Under the pieces are notes generated by a model. The model saw only the letters and a program-made list of their open reading frames with translations, searched no databases and was not told the DNA's origin. A stretch of 64,000 bases of DNA, taken from the NCBI GenBank assembly GCA_002457675.1, contig NTKK01000002.1, positions 18,497 to 82,496 of the forward strand. Reading direction: 5' to 3'. The first letter of the stretch is position 1; each line of letters opens with the position of its first letter. Position numbers and translations under genes: made by a program. Source of the DNA: Bacteroidetes bacterium MED-G17. GTDB taxonomy: Bacteria; Bacteroidota; Bacteroidia; NS11-12g; UBA9320. Below are positions 59,131-64,000 of this stretch, piece after piece.

Positions 59131-59854
59131 GTGGCCTAAGGCTTTATTAATTCTTGTTTTTACGGTCACCTTCTTTTCTTGTGATTCTTTGTATGAAGTA
59201 CTTGAGGCAGTAGACAAAACTACCAGCACAAGCATCACTGAAAAAGAAGCCATTTCTGGCCTTAAACAGGCCCTTGAAAAGGGAGTCCAAAACAGTACTG
59301 GTTTATTGGGTAAATCAAATGGCTTCTTAAATAGCTTCCAGTACAAAATTCCCTTTCCTTCAGATGCACAAAAAGTAGAGAAAACACTGCGTAATTTAGG
59401 TGAAGGAGCGCTTGTTGACAATATGATTACCGCCATCAATCAAGGCGCAGAAAATGCCGTTAGGCAATCAGGGCCTATATTTAAAAAAGCCATTCAAGAC
59501 ATGACCATAACAGATGCCATCAATATTGTAAAAGGCGGAAATGGGGCGGCAACAAATTATTTAAAGCAGAACACTTCAAAAGATTTGGTTCAAAAGTTTT
59601 CTCCAGAAATTCAAGGTGCTTTGGATCAAGCTCAAGCCACCAAATATTGGACCGATGTATTTACCATCTACAACAAATTGCCTACCACACAACAAAAAAT
59701 AAACCCAAACTTGAATGCTTTCGTAACCCAAAAAGCAATAAGTGCAATTTTTGATGTAGTGCAAAAGGAAGAAAATAAAATAAGAGCCAATCCTACCGAA
59801 AGAAGCTCAGAGATTTTAAAGAAAGTATTTGCCTATGCAGACGCAAATAAATAG
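59096..59854 (+). CDS. DUF4197 domain lipoprotein
   Basis: Lipobox FSC, GLKQALEKG, KIPFP, MTITDA..I..G...AT.YL, EE.KIR.NP..R.S..LKKVF. Confidence 0.88.
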   Translation: MKKPYTIQIDLKWPKALLILVFTVTFFSCDSLYEVLEAVDKTTSTSITEKEAISGLKQALEKGVQNSTGLLGKSNGFLNSFQYKIPFPSDAQKVEKTLRNLGEGALVDNMITAINQGAENAVRQSGPIFKKAIQDMTITDAINIVKGGNGAATNYLKQNTSKDLVQKFSPEIQGALDQAQATKYWTDVFTIYNKLPTTQQKINPNLNAFVTQKAISAIFDVVQKEENKIRANPTERSSEILKKVFAYADANK

Positions 59855-59874
59855 CCTTTACCTTTGTATTTTTT

Positions 59875-61059
59875 TTATTTGGTAATGGCCTCTATGCCTG
59901 GCAAACCGTTTCCTTCAAAATAAGTAAGCAACGCTCCGCCACCAGTGGAAACATAGCTAACTTTTTCTTCAAAACCCAACTGTTTTATTGCCGCTGCAGA
60001 GTCCCCACCGCCAATAAGCGAATAGGCACCTTCTTCGGTTTGCTTCGCAATGGCTTTGGCCAACTCTAGTGTACCAGTTTCATAAGATTTCATCTCAAAA
60101 ACCCCCATTGGGCCGTTCCACAAGATACTTTGCGCGTCTTGTATGATGTGCACATACTTTTTTATTGCCTCTTGGCCAATGTCAAGACCCATATATCCGT
60201 GTGGGATTTCTCGACTATTGATTGTTTTTTTGTTGGCTTCCTCAGCAAAAGCATCAGCAACCAAAGTATCTTCAGGCAAATGGATATGCACACCCTTTTC
60301 TTTGGCTTTTGCTAAAATTTTGTTGCATAATTCCACGCGATCTTCTTCCAAAAGAGAATTGCCTATTTCTCCACCTTGGGCCTTAATAAAGGTGTAGGCC
60401 ATACCTCCTCCAATAATTAGATGATCAACCAAGGGCAACAAATTTTCTATAATCAATATTTTGTCTGACACTTTAGCTCCGCCCATAATGGCAACAAAGG
60501 GTTTTTGTGGTGATTCCAAAATTTTCCTCGCATTTTCAATTTCTTTAGCCATTAAAAAGCCAAATGCTTTTTTATCTTGAAAAAATTGGGCCACCACAGA
60601 GGTGCTTGCGTGGGCACGGTGAGCTGTGCCAAAAGCATCATTGATGTATTCATCTGCGAGTTTTGAAAGGGATTGCGCAAAGCTTATGTCCCCTTTTTTC
60701 TCTTCTGAATAGAACCGCAGGTTTTCCAGCAGTAGCACTTCGCCAAAAGGTGTTTCTTTTACCGCTTGCTCTACCACAGGACCAATACAATCTTCCACAA
60801 AATTTACTGGTACTCCCAATAGGTAATGTAATTCTTCAACAAGGGGTTTCAGCGAAAATTCAGATTTTTTTTCCCCTTTTGGCCGTCCCAAATGGGACAT
60901 CAAAATTGCCTTTCCCCCATCTTCAAGTACCTTTTTTATACTTGGCAATGCAGCCACCATTCTGGCTTGATCTGTTATTTGCCCGTCTTTAATAGGGACA
61001 TTGAAATCAACACGAATCAATACAGACTTGTTTAGGTAATTTTTTTTCTGAATGTGCAT
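59875..61059 (-). CDS. pgk: phosphoglycerate kinase
   Basis: RVDFNVP, SHLGRP, LLENLRF, GGAKVSDK, WNGPMGVFE, STGGGA. Confidence 0.98.
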   Translation of the reverse strand: MHIQKKNYLNKSVLIRVDFNVPIKDGQITDQARMVAALPSIKKVLEDGGKAILMSHLGRPKGEKKSEFSLKPLVEELHYLLGVPVNFVEDCIGPVVEQAVKETPFGEVLLLENLRFYSEEKKGDISFAQSLSKLADEYINDAFGTAHRAHASTSVVAQFFQDKKAFGFLMAKEIENARKILESPQKPFVAIMGGAKVSDKILIIENLLPLVDHLIIGGGMAYTFIKAQGGEIGNSLLEEDRVELCNKILAKAKEKGVHIHLPEDTLVADAFAEEANKKTINSREIPHGYMGLDIGQEAIKKYVHIIQDAQSILWNGPMGVFEMKSYETGTLELAKAIAKQTEEGAYSLIGGGDSAAAIKQLGFEEKVSYVSTGGGALLTYFEGNGLPGIEAITK

Positions 61060-61733
61060 TATTTTAAATCGTTGAAGGTCTGCAGGGCATCAAATTTTTT
61101 GGCTTCCTCGCCCACTCTTTCGATCACAACTTTCTGCATTACATCTCCTTGAATGGTATTATAAACAATCGAAAAGCCACTAACTACTTTTCCAAAAACT
61201 GCATGTTTTGAAGTGATGGGGTCTTTGTTAAAATCTAGACGTGTATTGTCTACCAAATTGATAAAAAACTGACTTCCATTGGTGTTGACTCCAGAGTTTG
61301 CCATACTGATTGTCCCTTGGGTGTTGCTTAAATTGGGTGAAAACTCATCTTTAAACGAATAACCAGGGCCTCCTGATCCTGTACCTTGCGGATCTCCACC
61401 TTGAATCATAAAGTCGTTGCCGTCTCCATTTACTTTGGATATGACACGATGAAAAGTGAGTCCATCAAAATAGGGTACCCCATCACTTTTGGCTGTATTT
61501 GGCATGTTTCCTTCTGCCAAGGCGATGAAGTTCGATGCAGTTAGCGGCGCTTCTTTGTAATTTAACTCTACCGAAAATTCTCCTCTGTTCGTTGTGAAAT
61601 GTGCATAGATTCCTTCAGGCAATTGGCTGGTGCTGTCTTTTTGCTGAGGGGTTGTTTGGTCAACTGATTCTTCTTGCTTATTGGCACAAGAAACCAATAG
61701 GCCAAAAAATAGAATGGTGTATATTCTTCGCAT
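61059..61733 (-). CDS. cyclophilin-type peptidyl-prolyl isomerase, lipoprotein
   Basis: Lipobox [46 protein letters not shown]. Confidence 0.94.
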   Translation of the reverse strand: MRRIYTILFFGLLVSCANKQEESVDQTTPQQKDSTSQLPEGIYAHFTTNRGEFSVELNYKEAPLTASNFIALAEGNMPNTAKSDGVPYFDGLTFHRVISKVNGDGNDFMIQGGDPQGTGSGGPGYSFKDEFSPNLSNTQGTISMANSGVNTNGSQFFINLVDNTRLDFNKDPITSKHAVFGKVVSGFSIVYNTIQGDVMQKVVIERVGEEAKKFDALQTFNDLK

Positions 61734-61758
61734 GTTGCAAATAAAGAGTAGATTTTGC

Positions 61759-62190
61759 TTATCCCTTCCTTAGTTTTTGAAAAAAATCTTGCATAAGGCT
61801 TTGGCTTTTTTCTTGATGTACGCCCAATGTATAGTCCAATTTGGGCTTGATGATGTGTTGAGTAAATCCGGTTTTGGGTTCGTGCAAAGCAAAATGAACC
61901 TTAGGAATTCGTGCATGAACAATGGCGCCATAGCACATTACGCAAGGCTCAAGGGTAATATATATTTCACATTCATTTAAATATTTGGATCCCAAATAAT
62001 GGGTGGCCGCAGTAATGGCCAACATTTCTGCATGGGCAGTTGGGTCCTTCAGCTTTTCTACTTGATTGTAGCCTTTTCCTATGATTTGCTTGTTTAGGAC
62101 CACCAATGCTCCAATGGGCACTTCGTCTTCTTCTTTGGCCCTTTCTGCCAATTTTAAAGCTTGTGTCATAAAATATTCTTCGTTTAGCAT
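61759..62190 (-). CDS. tadA: tRNA adenosine deaminase
   Basis: [22 protein letters not shown]. Confidence 0.88.
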   Translation of the reverse strand: MLNEEYFMTQALKLAERAKEEDEVPIGALVVLNKQIIGKGYNQVEKLKDPTAHAEMLAITAATHYLGSKYLNECEIYITLEPCVMCYGAIVHARIPKVHFALHEPKTGFTQHIIKPKLDYTLGVHQEKSQSLMQDFFQKLRKG

Positions 62191-62202
62191 ACTTTTGGTC
62201 TA

Positions 62203-62625
62203 ATGAAAAAAACAGATGATAAGAGCTTGCAAATTAAGCTTGAATATGAGATTTCCGAAATTTTGAGGGCAGACAACGGGGTATATGCTGCTTTTGATTA
62301 CCACATAAATATCAGTAGTTCTGAGCAAACTGTAAAATTGAATTTGTTGACCTACAACCCCAAACACCAAGACTACATGTTGTTTCACACGGTGTTAGGA
62401 AATTCTTCTATTGATTGTTTACAGAAAATGTTGACCTATTTAGAAGAACACCAAAAAAAACCAGTCAAATACAGCTTTACCATAACATGGTCAAAAAGGG
62501 GGAATAATCAGAAACACCGGTCTTATTTTCGAGCTGCTTCTGAAAGCATTGCTTTGGAAAAATTCTTTCATGAAAAAAACCCGGATGATTATGAATGGAG
62601 TATAGAAATGAACCCATTGACCTAG
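62203..62625 (+). CDS. hypothetical protein
   Basis: 140-aa ORF filling the gap between tadA and the antiporter; no family recognised. Confidence 0.7.
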   Translation: MKKTDDKSLQIKLEYEISEILRADNGVYAAFDYHINISSSEQTVKLNLLTYNPKHQDYMLFHTVLGNSSIDCLQKMLTYLEEHQKKPVKYSFTITWSKRGNNQKHRSYFRAASESIALEKFFHEKNPDDYEWSIEMNPLT

Positions 62626-62656
62626 TTTTCTTTTTTATCTTCATCTTTGAAAAGCC

Positions 62657-63613
62657 ATGACGCTTTATTTTCTTTTTGTATTGGGCTTTGTTTTCCTAAT
62701 AAAGGGTGCCGATTGGCTGGTAGAAGGTTCACAATCCATTGCCAAAAGGCTTGGCGTTTCTGATTTTGTGGTAGGGCTTACTGTGGTTTCTTTGGGCACT
62801 TCATTGCCCGAATTGCTGGTCAACTTGAATGCCAGTTTAAGTGGAAATGGTGGCTTAGCCGTAGGAACTGTTGTGGGAAGCAACATATCCAATATACTCT
62901 TAATTTTGGGCGTTTCTGCAATCATACACCCAATTGCTGTTCAGCGAAACGTCCTTACATATCAAATTCCTTTTAACATGCTTGCTGCGCTACTCTTAGG
63001 TTTTTTGGTTAGCACATCTTTTGCATCATTTGATAAGGCTATGAATATTAGTCGCTTAGACGGGTTTGTTTTGATGGGCTTTTTCGTTTTGTTTCTATTG
63101 TTCATTGTCCGGTCATCAAAAGAAGAGTTGCTACAAGAAAAGCGAAGTGATGTGCAAGGGCATTTTTTAAAATCTTCTGTGATGATTTTTGTGGGTGCTT
63201 TGGGGCTTTATTGGGGTGGAAAATGGGTTGTTGACGGAGCCGAGCAGATGGCCCGCAGTTTGGGATGGAGCAATGAATTGCTTGGTTTGAGTATTGTTGC
63301 CATTGGTACCAGTTTGCCGGAATTGGTAACATCTGCCGTGGCCGCCTCCAAAAAAAATGCGGACATTGCTTTGGCAAATGTTCTGGGCTCAAACATATTC
63401 AATATCTTATGGGTGCTGGGCTTAAGCGCAGCCATTAGGCCCATTCCTTTTAAGCCAATGGTGCATACAGATTTGGCTGTATTTATGGCTTCGGTATTGC
63501 TTGTTTTTTTGAGTTTGTTGTTTGGGGGTAAAAGTCGTTTGACCCGCTGGAAGGGACTCGCTTTTTTATTTATCTACGCCCTATACCTCGCATTCGTTAT
63601 GGTTAGAGGATAA
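62657..63613 (+). CDS. calcium/sodium antiporter (YrbG-like CaCA)
   Basis: Two GTSLPEL..GSNI.NIL alpha-repeats. Confidence 0.94.
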   Translation: MTLYFLFVLGFVFLIKGADWLVEGSQSIAKRLGVSDFVVGLTVVSLGTSLPELLVNLNASLSGNGGLAVGTVVGSNISNILLILGVSAIIHPIAVQRNVLTYQIPFNMLAALLLGFLVSTSFASFDKAMNISRLDGFVLMGFFVLFLLFIVRSSKEELLQEKRSDVQGHFLKSSVMIFVGALGLYWGGKWVVDGAEQMARSLGWSNELLGLSIVAIGTSLPELVTSAVAASKKNADIALANVLGSNIFNILWVLGLSAAIRPIPFKPMVHTDLAVFMASVLLVFLSLLFGGKSRLTRWKGLAFLFIYALYLAFVMVRG

Positions 63614-63641
63614 AAAAAGGCCGGTTTGAAACCGACCTTTT
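63612..63641. terminator. intrinsic terminator (stronger on the minus strand, likely bidirectional)
   Basis: Minus strand AAAAGGTCGGTTT-C-AAACCGGCCTTTTTTT. Confidence 0.8.
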
Positions 63642-63649
63642 GCTAGGTA

Positions 63650-63781
63650 TTATAAGTTTTGTTCCACAAGTACCTTTTTATGTGCAATGGCATTCTTCCC
63701 TACAACGGTTAAGTAATAGGTGCCTGATTCCAAGGCCAAGTCACTTACAGAGACTGGCTGACTTACTTGGTGCTGGTTAGG
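63650..63781 (-). pseudogene. out-of-frame relic of a T9SS type-A C-terminal domain
   Basis: Startless frame reads PNQHQVSQPVSVSDLALESGTYYLTVVGKNAIAHKKVLVEQNL*; bounded by TAG at 63782-63784. Confidence 0.55.
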
Positions 63782-64000
63782 CTAATCCCCCAATTTCCCA
63801 AATTGTTTTTACTTGAATAAGACTTCATGAACTGAATCTTACCCAACAAGGACTGGTAATTTCCTTTAATGGAAGTTAGGCTTCCCCCAAAAGGACCATT
63901 CGCAGAATATTCTGATTTGATTCTACCATGAGCAAATCCTCCCGATAAGGTTAACCAAGATTTGTTTTTGAACTTAAATTCATGTCCCAAAAGTGCTTGA
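63763..64000 (-). CDS. 3' end of an ORF entering from beyond the window, beta-barrel-like, possibly truncated
   Basis: Frame open to the window edge; amphipathic beta-strand pattern; no terminal aromatic residue. Confidence 0.5.
   Translation of the reverse strand, partial: QALLGHEFKFKNKSWLTLSGGFAHGRIKSEYSANGPFGGSLTSIKGNYQSLLGKIQFMKSYSSKNNLGNWGISLTSTK

Noticed and set aside
17-63444. Numerous 60-160 aa ORFs antisense to or nested in long genes (e.g. 22928-23407, 26788-27222, 40813-41121, 49004-49381)
   Set aside because: Shadow frames of well-supported genes with no recognisable motifs.

Overview
AT-rich, very compact chromosomal region of a free-living, probably aquatic Bacteroidota bacterium. 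The assignment rests on type IX secretion (T9SS) C-terminal domains, TAnnTTTG promoters, UpxY and the exbB-exbD-exbD cluster. Most of the window is housekeeping or metabolic (metG, bshA, anmK, xth, glmS, metK, radA, nbaC/ACMSD, tatA, gatA, pgk, tadA), plus three tRNAs (Pro-GGG, Ile2/Met-CAT, Phe-GAA). No CRISPR array, integrase or transposase was seen. Two accessory segments stand out. (1) 4457-13386 is an organic-phosphorus scavenging locus (T9SS protein, TonB-dependent receptor, beta-propeller phytase). It ends in a 1359-aa secreted protein that appears to be a five-level nested 'Russian-doll' of domain insertions, with an intact paralogue of one inserted domain encoded in the same locus. 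(2) 32998-41330 carries an activator-type promoter, an orphan ORF, and a non-coding array of four related GGGAGUGUC..GGCACUCCC-UUU hairpins that is minus-strand specific and ends in a terminator just upstream of a 2388-aa T9SS type-B surface protein. Also noted: an orphan UpxY antiterminator starting directly behind a tRNA terminator, a catalytically dead MltD-like protein coupled to an SGNH protein, a likely CTG-initiated gene, and an out-of-frame T9SS tail relic at the right edge. All family assignments come from motif recognition by eye; no database searches were run.
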